The notes beneath the pieces were generated by a model. The model saw only the letters and a list, made by a program, of their open reading frames with translations. It made no database searches and was not told where the DNA came from. Below, piece after piece: positions 52,101 to 64,000 of a stretch of DNA of 64,000 bases (within the stretch, counting starts at the first letter, position 1; each line of letters starts with the position of its first letter). This DNA is from Chiloscyllium plagiosum (taxonomy: Eukaryota), in contig NC_057752.1 in assembly GCF_004010195.1 (NCBI RefSeq), positions 4,021,872 through 4,085,871 on the forward strand, written 5' to 3'. Both the position numbers and the translations under genes were made by a program.

Positions 52101-52432
52101 ATCAAGTGGTGAGCTGAAGTCGCCAGGTACCACTCTGATTTCCATGTCAAAGATTTCTCAATGTCTAGCTTATTTGGCATATTTTGTAAGATAGGAAACA
52201 GAACATTAATGAGGGGAGTTGGTCCATTAACAATGCATTTAATAAGCAATAATCCCCCTTGATTAGCAACTTGGCACTATCTCGCAAGAAACTCTCTATG
52301 CTGCTCAGCAGAAGCAAAAAAGGTAGAGCAAGATGCTCTCAGCTGTAAGATAGACCACACTGAACTTCTTGTCCGATTCTGCCGAAAATGCACCATACTC
52401 CACATTCCTCAGACCTCTATAATATTCCACCT
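49116..52432. mobile_element. Putative decayed PIF/Harbinger-type DNA transposon
   Basis: Imperfect 13-bp TIR GGGCTGAATATTA vs AGGTGGAATATTA (10/13); 3-bp CTA on both flanks. No recognisable intact transposase ORF. Confidence 0.4.
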
Positions 52433-53234
52433 CTAGGAAATAAATAGATTTATCAAGAGTAATCTCAAAATAGGTGAAAATCTTTCCTGTCTAACAAATT
52501 GAGATTGATATCCTATAGTTTAACAGCATTGTCAGGGATTGGGCGTTCCTGCAAGATTTAAAAATTGGGTGCTTAATAAATCTTGCAATTCAAAGAATCT
52601 TTTAATTGCTCTTCACATCACCCTTTTGTGTTGAAAGTCTCTATCAGTCATGGACGGTGTATATGATCTAACCTGATCTCTGAAACCAGCAATGAAAAAA
52701 TACTTTGTTTGCCTGACTGCCTAGCTTTCTGCCCTGAAGTAAAAGTTTTTTACTCCTGTAGTTCTGACATTTGTATGCTAACCACTAGAGAAAATATTTA
52801 GAGCTTTTTGGATGACATTGCCCTCCAAATGAGTTTGTCAGCCATTTAGTCTTTACCCATTCAATAATTTTTTAATGTAGTGTTGCTTGCATTATACTAT
52901 AAGAATCAAACTTGCAGAGACATGCAACAGTGCTTTATAAATTACCTTCCTTTTCATAACGTGGTGCAGCCGTTCTGCACCTGCACAAACAGGTAACAAC
53001 ATGAATTATTGGTTAATCTATTTTTTTAACTTTTTTTTGATTGAGGGAGGAACATTGGCTAGGACACCAAGGGGAATTTTAGCTTTCTTTTGAACAGTGG
53101 GATCTTTATAAACCAGAGAGTCAGGTGGGTAGTCCCTTGGTTTAATCGTACACCCAAAGAATGACACCTCTAATAAAAGTGCTTGGATTGAAGCTGATGC
53201 AAACTACAAATGAGCTACAAGACAGAAAATAAAT

Positions 53235-54490
53235 CACAGAATTGTTACAGTACAGAAGGCGGCCTCTTGGCCCTCTGTCTGCACCAGTTCTATTGCCTAG
53301 TGCCAATCTCCTGTTTTTTCCCCATATCTCTACACACCATTGCTATCCAAATAATGATCCAATCTCCACTTGAATGCCTCAATTGAACCTGCCTTCACCA
53401 GCTGTCCAGGCAGCACATTCCAGACCCCAGCAACTCGCTGTGTGAAAAGGTTTTTTTCTCACATCACTCTTGCTTCATTTGCATAGCACTTTAAATCTTT
53501 GCGCTCTCCCTCTTTTTCCTTTTATAAGTGGAAACAGGTTCACCCTATCTACTTTGTTCAATTTGCTCATGATCTTGAAAACCTCTATATTTCAGCCTTC
53601 ATCTCTCTAAGAAGAACAGTCCCAAATTCTTCAGCCTATCCTCATTACTGAAGTTTCTCAGTCCTGGAGCAATTCTTGTAAATCACTTCTGCACGCTCTC
53701 CAATGCGTTCATATGTTTCCTGTCGTGTGGGGCCCACAACTATGCACAATACACCAGCTGAGGTCTAATGAGTGTCTTGTACAAGTTCAACATCACTTTT
53801 TTGCTCTTGTACTTTGTGTCCTAATAGTTCAGTTGGCTGGATAGCTGGTTTACAATTCCTATACCAACTATGGTTATCATGAAGGACTGTCTTCAACCTC
53901 TCTCGTTGCCTGAGGCTTGGTGACCATCAGGTCAAACCCAACACTAGTTGTCTCTTCCTAACGAGAGAGCAGCCCTATGCTTTGATAGGATTAGAGCGAC
54001 TTTATCTTTTACTTTGTGCTACTATTAATAAAGCCGAGAAAACTGTATAATTTATTAACGACTCTCTCCATCTGTCCTGCCACTTTTCGTGATTTGCACA
54101 TAAACACCCAGCTCCCTCTGCTCCTGCACCCTTTTTAGAATTGTATCTCCTATTTTATATTGTCTTTCAATGTTCTTCCTACCAAAGTGCATCACACTAT
54201 TCTGCATTGAACTTCATCTGCCATCTCTCTGCCCACTCCACCAACTTTTCAATGTCCTTTTGGAGCTCCACACTGTACTCTTCACAGTTTACAAGTCTTT
54301 CAAGTTTTATGTCATCTATAAGTCCTGAAACTGTCTTCCGCACATCAAGATTCAGACAATTAGTAATTATCAGGAAAAACAAAGATCTCAATACTAACCC
54401 TGGGGTATTCCATTACAAAGCTTACTGCAGCATGAAAAATATTGAATGACCATAATTCTCTTTTTACAATCACTCAACCAATTTTGAATC
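53235..54490 (-). mobile_element. Older CR1 LINE fragment
   Basis: DDIKLERLVNCEEYSVELQKDIEKLVEWAERWQMKFNAE plus a CR1-like 3' region; interrupted by a SINE at ~53820-54010. Confidence 0.75.
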
Positions 54491-57400
54491 CAAGGAATTC
54501 AGTGAGGCAGAGGTCAGGTGTGGCTCAGTTGGTGGTATCCTCATTTCTGAGTCAGTATTGGTTGCGGGTTCAAAAATCTCAGATGATATTGCAGGGAGTA
54601 CTGCACTGTCAGTTGTGCCAGCTTTCAGATGAGATATTAAACTGTCTTGCCTTTCAGTGGTAGTAAAAGGCCACAACACTTATTTCAAAGAAGCGAAAGG
54701 TTGATTGGATAGGGGAGTTCTCAGTATCTTGAGCCAATATCATGAAAAGAGGTTGTGGGATCTTGCAGTGCTTAAATGGGTTTTTGTGTTTCTTTTGCTA
54801 CAACAATGTACACTTCTAAAGTGTTTCTTTGACTGTAAAATGCTTTGGGACAATCTGAGGGCATTAATGGTGCTACAGTAATGCAAGACTTTCTTTTCAA
54901 CTTTAACGAGGAAGGAAAATCTTTGAGTGCCTTAACAGCTCTATGAGCAAGCTTGTGTGGATTAAAATGATTGCCAAATGATGTGCTTGTTTAAGCGCAT
55001 CATGTCACAACAGCAATTGTGCTGAAATGTGAGATTCCAGTTTTTTTCCCAAAGCTGTACCTGGGTATGACTTTTACTGCATTAATTTTGTTTAACTGGA
55101 CCTTTCCTGCTTGAATACTCTAAGATGAAATACTACAACAAATTCTTTCAGTGAAAAAAAGATTATTGGGCCACACCCTATACTCTACAGTTCTCCTCCA
55201 TGAATCATCATGTGGTTTTGGGCCAGCAGCTACAGAACACAGAACTCAAATGAGGCAATGGCTTCAAGTTGCCCAGTCCAAACCTGCCTTATACTAATGT
55301 AAAAATAGTTAGGCAGGTCCAAACTAGGCCTCACATTGCTATTGGTTTAATTGGCAAGCATGAAAACAGGATTGTTTTACTGCTCATATTACATTTCTAA
55401 AAACTCCCAGTTAAGCAACGCCTAGCTGAGGCTGTCTGATGTAAAATTATTCTCATCCTGTTTTTTTTTGATTGTAACATCATAAGTTGGGCCATCAGTT
55501 ATCTTCACACTGAACTGGCAAAACTGCACATCTCAGAATAGAACAGTGACAACAATTGCCTTCGTACTGAGCTTTAATGTGGTAAAGCCTCCTGCGATAC
55601 ATTGCAGAAATATAATTGGAACAAGTTTTAGAAGAAGCAATGTAAGGAGATAAGAGGACAGATCTTAAGAAAGGTGGATGTGTGGAGAGGTTTAGTAATT
55701 GAATTCCAGAGCTTACCCTTTCGACATCTGAAAACATGGGCTCCTAATTGTGCAGACCTGAGAGTTTTGCATCCACACAAAACAGAGTTCTGACTGAACA
55801 GAATGTGGTAAAATTGGGGGTGCACAAGAGGCCAGAATGGGAGGAGTACAGACATTTCAGAGATAGGGAGAGGCAAGCTCTTGGAGAAACGATCAGAATT
55901 TTAAAATTTTTGTGTTGCCAGATAGGAAGGCAACAGAGGTGATAGTCAGCACAGGGGTGCTTGGACTGTGGGACTTGCTAGAGTCGTAACCAAATGGATG
56001 GAGAGTTGCTGAAGTAAAATGTGGTTGATTGTATCAGAGGTGACAGAGTGGTCAAGAAAGTAAAAAATGGTAATTTGATTTTGACACACACAGGATGTGA
56101 TTTCACATGAATTGAACATCCATATACAACCATGTGTTCTCTTATCTACTCTGCTAATTGGAACAGGAGCAAAGAAAAGAAAGCAACAAACAGTATCAGC
56201 CAACATGGGGCCAAGAATGGAAGCTGTGTGGTCAAAGGTTTAGTGGGATTAAGATCAAGACAGCGGGAGGTGTGTCTCATGGACAAGATGAGCTTAGACA
56301 TGGTACGAGGCAGGATAGGATTTCAGGGCTAAGGAGTAGGGAAACATTTGTTTGACATGGTGGGCTTGGGAAAGGGAGGAAAGTGGCAGAGACAGGTTAA
56401 TGTATGGTCGCAACATTTGGGACAAAACTGCACAGAGAATTCCTCACCTTGCAGTGGATGAAGCAAAACATAGAGTTATAGAGTTGTACAGCACAGAAAC
56501 AGATCTTTTAGTCCAACTCGTCCATGCCAACCAGATATCCTAAATTAATCTAATCCCATTTGTCAGCATTTGGCTAATATCCCTCTAAACCCTTCCTATT
56601 CATATACCCATCCAGATGCGTTTTAAATGTTATGATTGTACCAGTCTCCACCACTTCCTCCGGCAGCTCATTCCATACATGTACCACCCTCTGATTGAAA
56701 ACGTTGCCCCTCAGGTGCCTTTTAAGTCTTTCCCGTCTCACCTTAAACCTATGCCCTCTAGTTTTGAACTCCCCTACCCTGGGGAAAAGACCTTGCGTAT
56801 TTACCCTATCCATATCTCTCATGATTTTATAAACCTCTATAACGTCACCCCTCAGCCTCCGATGCTCCAGGGAAAACAGCCCCAGTCTATTCAATCTCTG
56901 CCTGTAACTCAAACCCTCCAACGCTGGCAACAGTGCTTTAACCCTACACGAGTTGACAAGTTTAATCTCCAATAAAGTACGAATAATTTGATATAAACAT
57001 TCACTGCTTAGAGTCAAGTTGTGTGAAAATATTGGATTTAAAAAGAAACATTGTTGATTGGGCTCCTTTAACACACAATTCTATGTTTAGAGTTTTGAAC
57101 TGCGTAACTGGCTGGAGCTTGGAAGCAGAAGGAGACCATTTAGCCCCTTTAGCCTTTTCTATGATGCATTGAACTATGGTTGATCTGAGACCCAATTCCA
57201 TTCTAGGATAGCTAGTGACTTCTGAAAGTTGCACTCTCCTACATCGACATTTGTTATGCATGCAGGTCAAATTGATGAGGCTGGTTATCTTTCCCACTTG
57301 ACCTTTTGTTATAACAGTGATGATTGATTTCAGTCCTTTAGAATTTGTATAGACAAGAAGCTTCCCGAAAAGCTGAGTTTAGATCAATGAACAGGAGAAG

Positions 57401-60400
57401 GGCAGGCTGATTTCCATAAAAACTATATATGGGCACTGACAGAAGTATTTGGTTTTTACAATTTTTTTTGTCTGGTATTGGTGTACTTTAAGCTAATGGT
57501 GAAGTGCTGCCTCTTTCCTCATTCCCAGATAATAGTCAATTCATTACTCTTTGCCTGCAAGGGTTTTTGGTACAGAGTATGACTGCACACACCCTGTGAG
57601 GAAATATGCACTCAGGCAGTTATTGACCACCCTGACTAGTTTGGGAGCATTCCTCCCAGTATTTATTTTACTCTGCAAAATCACACCACATTGAGTTAGA
57701 AATGTGACCAAAACAGGTTCCATTCAAAAAGGACATATCAGCTCAAAATAAATGTGTTTTAAACAAAGCCATTGTATTCCTTTTTTGTGACTATCTCATA
57801 AAATTCAAAAGATGCTTATTACAAGGACAGACAAATAAGTTCAAAAATATCAGTTTCATAAGCCTGTAATGCAAACGATTAATTTGTTAGCATTTTTGGA
57901 ACTTTTTGCTCTGGTAATTCACCATATCAAAGGGCTGGGACAACACGTATACAATTTTGGGCTTTTTACCCATCAACAAAGTGTTGTAACTTACTTACCC
58001 AACCCTGAGCTCTGATCCATGTTCATAAGTTTAGGGATATGTATACTTAACAGTGGAATAATCTGCACTTCAAGCATTCAGGTTCAACTTCAAGTATACA
58101 TTTATATGGACTAATGCCCTCTCTGGTCTGCCCCCAAGCATACCTCAACTCCAAATTCAGAAGCGCATCTCCCTACTTCACCAGTGTGACATATTCTATT
58201 TCCAACCACAGCCAGCTTATGAGCTCTGAATGAAAGTGCCTGTTCGGGTCAGAGTCATGAGCACTAGGGACTGGATTGAGGTTTTCATTGGACATGTCTT
58301 TATACAGTGACTAAAATCAACACATAATTTTTATGTGGTTGCATTGAATCTTTAAAAATCTTTATGGTGATTGACAAAAGAAGCAATGATGAGGTATAAG
58401 GCAGACCTTCATGTAGGAAGTGGTTACAATCCGGAATGCTCTGTTTGAACCATGGTGGAGGCAGATTCAACCACAAGGGTATTGGATCATTACCTGAAGA
58501 GAAACATTTTTCAGGACGACAGGGAAAATGCAGAAAAGTGGCACAAGGTTCTTGTAGACAGCCAACACAGATACAACAGTGTGAATGATCACCTGTGTTT
58601 TAACCATTCTATTTTTCTATGAAAGCTTTCCAAAATTTCTAACAGCAGTGACACGGGGGGGTTGTGGGTGGATGAGTTCAGCTGGAGTAATGATAAGTGA
58701 CAATATGTTTGAGCTCCACATATTGAGATTTGATTGCCCTATATCCTTCAGAAAGAGTGTAGAGTTAAACAAAGATCTACATTAATATAGCACCATTCAC
58801 AAACTCAGGATGTCCCAAAGCAGTTTGTAGTTAGTGAAGTGCTTTTTTGAAATACAGTCACTATTGTATTGCAGTAAGATATCATAAATAGCAATGTGTT
58901 TAGATAATTTTTTTTCAAGTGATTAAGGGATTAAATAAGAGACAAGACACTGGGGCTAACTTCCTATTTTTCTTCAAAACAGCTCAAAAGGATATCTTAT
59001 GTCCTTGAGAAGGAAGACAAGGTGTCACCTGAAAGATAGCATCTGTGACAATGCAGCATTCCCTCATACTTCCACTGGAGTTTCAGCCTGGATTTTTATG
59101 CTCATGTCTTTGGAGCGGAGTTTGAACTGACAATCCTCTAACTCAGAGGCAGAGGTGTTGTCAACTGAAGCACCGACTAACAATTTAACTATTCCTGAAC
59201 ATAGAACCCACTTTCTTCTGTGCCCTAACTCTGAAGACAAACACATAATTTATGTTTAAACTCTAGTGCAATGTTGAAGGAGTGCTGCACTGTTTGAGGT
59301 GCCATTTTTCAGATGAGACATTGAAGCAGACTCCCATCTGCTCCCTTGGTAGATGTAAAAGTTCTTGGGGCACTATTTCAAACAGGAGCTGGGAAATCTT
59401 CCTTGGTGTCCTCGCCAAACTTTATCCCTCAATCAACATTACAGTAAACAAATAACCTGCTTATTATCATACTATGTTTGTGGGAGCTTGCCATGCACAA
59501 ATTGGCTACAACATTTCCTTCATGACAAAAGTGATTATATCAAGAAGCACTTCAAGAGGACACAATTAGTCAACAACCGAGATCTATGTGAACTATAAGG
59601 CTGAAGAAAGAAACAAAGCAAGGCAGTGAGTGAGGTCGTGCAGAAGGTTGAAAATGAAGATAAGAATAAAATTGTGCCATTGCTTAGCTGGAAGTCACTG
59701 TTGGTCTGCAGGAACAGGGGAGCTGAATGAGTATGAGCTCTTTTGAGTTAAGACCCAAGCAGGAGAGTTTTGAATTACTTCAGGTTCTGGAAAGCTGGAG
59801 AGGTCTGCCAGGATTGCATTAGAACAGTCAAATCTAGAGATAGTAAAGGCATGAATGAGGATTTAAGCAGCAGATGAGCAGAGACAGAGATGAAGCCAGG
59901 CAACGTTATGGAGGTGGAAATAGATAGTCTTAGTGATTGGGCAAATATCTGATCCAAAACACATCTTTATGTTTAATATGACATTGAGAACAGTCTGATT
60001 CAGCCTCAGACAGTTACCATTGTCAGGAAATGAAGTTTGGGACAGGAACCAAAGGCAATGGTTTCAGTCTTTCCAATGTTTAATTGGAATAAATTTCTGC
60101 TCATCTGACAATTTAGAGGTGGTGCAGCAGTTGAGAGAGGTGCTGAGGCAGAGATGGGTATCATTGTGTATATGTGGAAACTGTCGTAGTATTTCTTTGG
60201 ATGATGTTGTCAAAGGGCACAGAGTGCCATGAGAAGTTGGAGAGGCGTAACTTGGGGGATGCCAACGCTAACAGTGCAGGAGTAGAAAGAGAAGTCATTG
60301 CAAACCCTTGTATCTTGATAGAATTAGATAAGAATGGAACTAGGTGAAAGCAGTCCCACCTAACTGGATGACAATGGAGAGATATCAGAGGAGGATGGTG

Positions 60401-61414
60401 GGGTCACCTTGTCAAAGGCTGCAGATAGGTCGAGAAGGATGAGGAGGTATAAATTACTCTTGTATATATAGATACTTGGGATAAAATAATAGCTACAATA
60501 CACAGTAATAGCTAATGGAAGATGCTATCCAAAAGACACAGTCATAGATATCTGAGGATAATGTCTATAATTAATAAATACAAGGAGATGAAATCTGTAA
60601 TTATAGTTACTGAGGTTAATTTCTGTGCTAGTATCAGTATATAAACTCAATATTCTGGGCATGTTCTGTAATATTATACCTCCCAGTCAAGATCAGAACC
60701 TATAGTGTTTAACATAGTTTTATTTGAGCAGTGAGCAGAGGTGATAATACCTGTTTATTCCTGTGTTGTGGCATTGAGTGCCATGTAGTATTATTTCTGT
60801 GTCATTCGATGACATTATTGTATTATGCAAACTGGTCCGTGAATAACTGAAAGCAGGAATTTCAATGAAGCGTGCAATGCTATCGAGCTTCCCTTAAAGG
60901 AAGTAAAAATTTGCTTATCAGTCACATCACTCCACCTAGCAACCCAGTTGATACCTGACTAGATCTTATCCTATTATATGCATTTCAATGTACCTTCCAA
61001 ACACAACATAAAATGCTCAAACATAGTTTGAAATTTTAAAAGCATCATTGACAATTGTTGAATGAGGTGACCATTTTCCAAATAATCCCTTTGTTGCTTT
61101 GTTATTCTATATTAGGTGATGCAAAATAATTACCAAATGGAAAACATCTGCTTAAAAGTTCCTTCCAGCTTAGTCAAAGTAGCAAAGTTAACATGCTCTC
61201 ATTAATTATTAGTCAAATAATGAGCTGGCTTCTGTGTTGGTGCTCTCATCTCCAAGAGAAAGCATCCTTGCTAAATAATGCTTCAGCTATAGCCAGATGT
61301 GTTTTGCATGATGTTATTGGGAGTGTAATTTTTTAAAAAAATTCCCTAAATCAGTTAATCAAGAATAGGAGGAGGCAATGCCCTGGTGGTATTATCGCTA
61401 GACAATTAATCCAG

Positions 61415-63476
61415 GAACTCCCCACATATGTTTGGGACACCACCCACGCCCTCCACCTCCTCCAAGACTTCCGTTTCCCCCGGCCCCCAATGCCTCATCT
61501 TCACCATGGACATTCAGTCCCTCTACACCTCCATTCACCATGACCAGGGCCTCTAAGCCTTCCATTTCTTCCTCTCCTGACATGCTCACCAGTACTCTTC
61601 CACTGACATTCTCATTCGTTTGGCTGAGCTGGTCCTCACCCTCAACAATTTCTCCTTCGAATCCTCCCACTTCCTCCAGACAAAAGGGGTAGCCATGGGC
61701 ACCCGCATGGGCCCCAGCTATGCCTGTCTCTTTGTCAGCTATGTAGAACAGTCCATCTTCCGTAGTTACACCGGCACCACTCCCCACCTTTTCCTCCGCT
61801 CCATTGACGACTGCAATGGCACCACCTCGTGCTCCCGCGAGGAGGTTGAGCAGTTCATCAATTTCGCCAACACATTCTACCCTGACCTTAAATTCACATG
61901 GACCATCTCTGACACCTCCCTCCCCTTCCTGGACCTCTCCATCTCCATCAATGACGACCGACTTGANNNNNNNNNNNNNNNNNNNNNNNNNNNNNNNNNN
62001 NNNNNNNNNNNNNNNNNNNNNNNNNNNNNNNNNNNNNNNNNNNNNNNNNNNNNNNNNNNNNNNNNNNNNNNNNNNNNNNNNNNNNNNNNNNNNNNNNNNN
62101 NNNNNNNNNNNNNNNNNNNNNNNNNNNNNNNNNNNNNNNNNNNNNNNNNNNNNNNNNNNNNNNNNNNNNNNNNNNNNNNNNNNNNNNNNNNNNNNNNNNN
62201 NNNNNNNNNNNNNNNNNNNNNNNNNNNNNNNNNNNNNNNNNNNNNNNNNNNNNNNNNNNNNNNNNNNNNNNNNNNNNNNNNNNNNNNNNNNNNNNNNNNN
62301 NNNNNNNNNNNNNNNNNNNNNNNNNNNNNNNNNNNNNNNNNNNNNNNNNNNNNNNNNNNNNNNNNNNNNNNNNNNNNNNNNNNNNNNNNNNNNNNNNNNN
62401 NNNNNNNNNNNNNNNNNNNNNNNNNNNNNNNNNNNNNNNNNNNNNNNNGGACCAGTTCCACCACAGAACACACCAGATGGCCTCCATCTTGAAAGACTGT
62501 AATTTCCTCTCCTACGTGGTTGATGATGCCCTCCAACACATCTCATCCACGTCCCGCACCTCCACCCTCAAACCCCACCCCTCCAACTGCAACAAGGACA
62601 GAACCTCCCGGTCCTCACCTTCCATCCCACCAACCTCCGTATAAACTGCATCATCTGCCGACATTTCTGCCACCTACAAACGGATCCCACCACCAGGGAT
62701 ATATTTTCCTTCCCACCCCTTTCCACTTTCTGCAAAGACCATTCCCTCCATAACTACCTGGTCAGGTTCATGCCTCCCAACAACCCACCCTCCCTTCCTA
62801 GCACCTTCCCCTGCCACCACAGGAAATGCAAAACCTGCGCCCACACCTCCCCCCTCACCTCCATCCAAGGCCCCAAAGGAGCCTTCCACATGGATCAAAG
62901 TTTCACCAGCATTTCTATAAATGTCATTTATTGCATCCATTGCTCCCGATGCGGTCTCCTTTACATTGGGGAGACTGGATGCCTTCTCGCAGAGCGCTTC
63001 AGGGAACATCTCCAGGACACCTGCATCAATCAACCCCACCGCCCCATGGCCAAACATTTCAACTCCCACTCCCACTCCCACTCTACCAAGGACATGCAGA
63101 TCCTGGGCCTCCTCCACCGCCACTCCCTCACCACCCAACGCCTGGAGGAAGAACGCTTCATCTTCCACCTTGGAACCCTTCAACCCCAGGGTGGACTTCA
63201 CCAGTTTCCCCAGTTCCAAACTTCCAGCTCAGCACCATCCTCATGACCTGTCCCACCTGTCAATCTTCCTTCTCACCCATTCGGTCCACCCTCCTCTCCG
63301 ACGTATCACCTTTACCCCTTCCTCCATCCACCAATGCACTCTCAACTACCTTCTCCCCACCCAAGGCTTCCAGCCTCATTCCTGATGAAGGGCTTATGCC
63401 CGAAACTTTGATTTTCCTGCTCCTCGGATGCTGCCTGACCTGCTGTGCTTTTCCAGCACCACTCTAATCTTGACTT
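61415..63476 (+). mobile_element. Penelope-like element (RT + GIY-YIG), 5'-truncated, spanning an assembly gap, inserted in a tRNA-derived SINE
   Basis: LVLTLNNFSF...QTKGVAMGTRMGPSYACLF...FLRSIDD...LPFLDL (PLE RT); CKTC...NVIYCIHCSRCGLLYIGETGCLLAERFREH (GIY-YIG). 12-bp TSD caattaatccag at 61403-61414 and 63477-63488. Hammerhead-like core from 63382. Confidence 0.9.
61967..62448. other. Assembly gap (482 N)
   Basis: Run of N. Confidence 1.
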
Positions 63477-64000
63477 CAATTAATCCAGAAACTCAGCTAA
63501 TATCCCAGGGTTTACATCCCGTCATGGCAGATGGTGGAGTTTGAATTCAATAAAGAATCTGGAATTTAAGTCTAACGATGACCATGAAACCATTGTCGAT
63601 TGTCAAAAAAACTCATCTCGTTCACGAATGTCCTTTAGGGAAGGAAATCTGTTCTCCTTACCTAGTAAGACTACATGTGACTCCAGACCCATAGCAATGT
63701 GATTGACTCTTAACTGCCCTATGGGCAATTAGGGATAGGCAATTAGGGATGGCCAGTGACACCCTCATACTGTGAATAAATAAAAAAAGTACAGTTACTA
63801 TGGTAGGTATCAGTAAGAATGATATCCTTACCAAGCATGCGTCAAGAAGTAAATTATGATGAGATACTGACAATAATCATCCTTAAGAAATATTAAATAA
63901 CTTAGTTGTGAAAATAGAAAATGCTAGAAGATGTTCAGCAGGTTTAGAAGCTTTTGTGAAAAGAGAAAGAGAGCTAACACTTCAAAGCTGTGACCTTTCA

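Noticed and set aside
61398..62546. Long ORFs of 179-382 aa
   Set aside because: Inflated by the N gap; the only real coding signal is decayed PLE RT on the + strand.

Overview
Vertebrate genomic DNA, almost certainly from a cartilaginous fish (shark). This is inferred from the abundant HE1-type tRNA-derived SINEs, HER1/CR1 LINE fragments, Deu-domain SINEs and shark-type Penelope-like elements (PLEs). The only confidently identifiable gene is a two-exon BCDIN3D (Bin3-family RNA 5'-phosphate methyltransferase, + strand, 14525-14734 joined to 19544-20125, 263 aa). A separate 113-nt minus-strand exon (45927-46039), missed by the ORF track, encodes the first half of a SEA domain, pointing to an unannotated or decayed cell-surface/secreted gene. 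The rest is dominated by nested mobile elements: a decayed Gmr1-like (SCAN-type gag, integrase before RT) Gypsy element with a tRNA-Pro PBS, a solo LTR with a 5-bp TSD, pogo/Tigger-like MITEs, a putative decayed Harbinger element, and many PLE copies. The PLE terminal repeats carry minimal type I hammerhead ribozyme motifs of at least four sequence families. One insertion (35057-36067) combines a ~590-bp fold-back with three tandem hammerhead units 224 and 236 nt apart, resembling a retrozyme. One assembly gap (482 N) is present. All calls are by eye; no searches were run.
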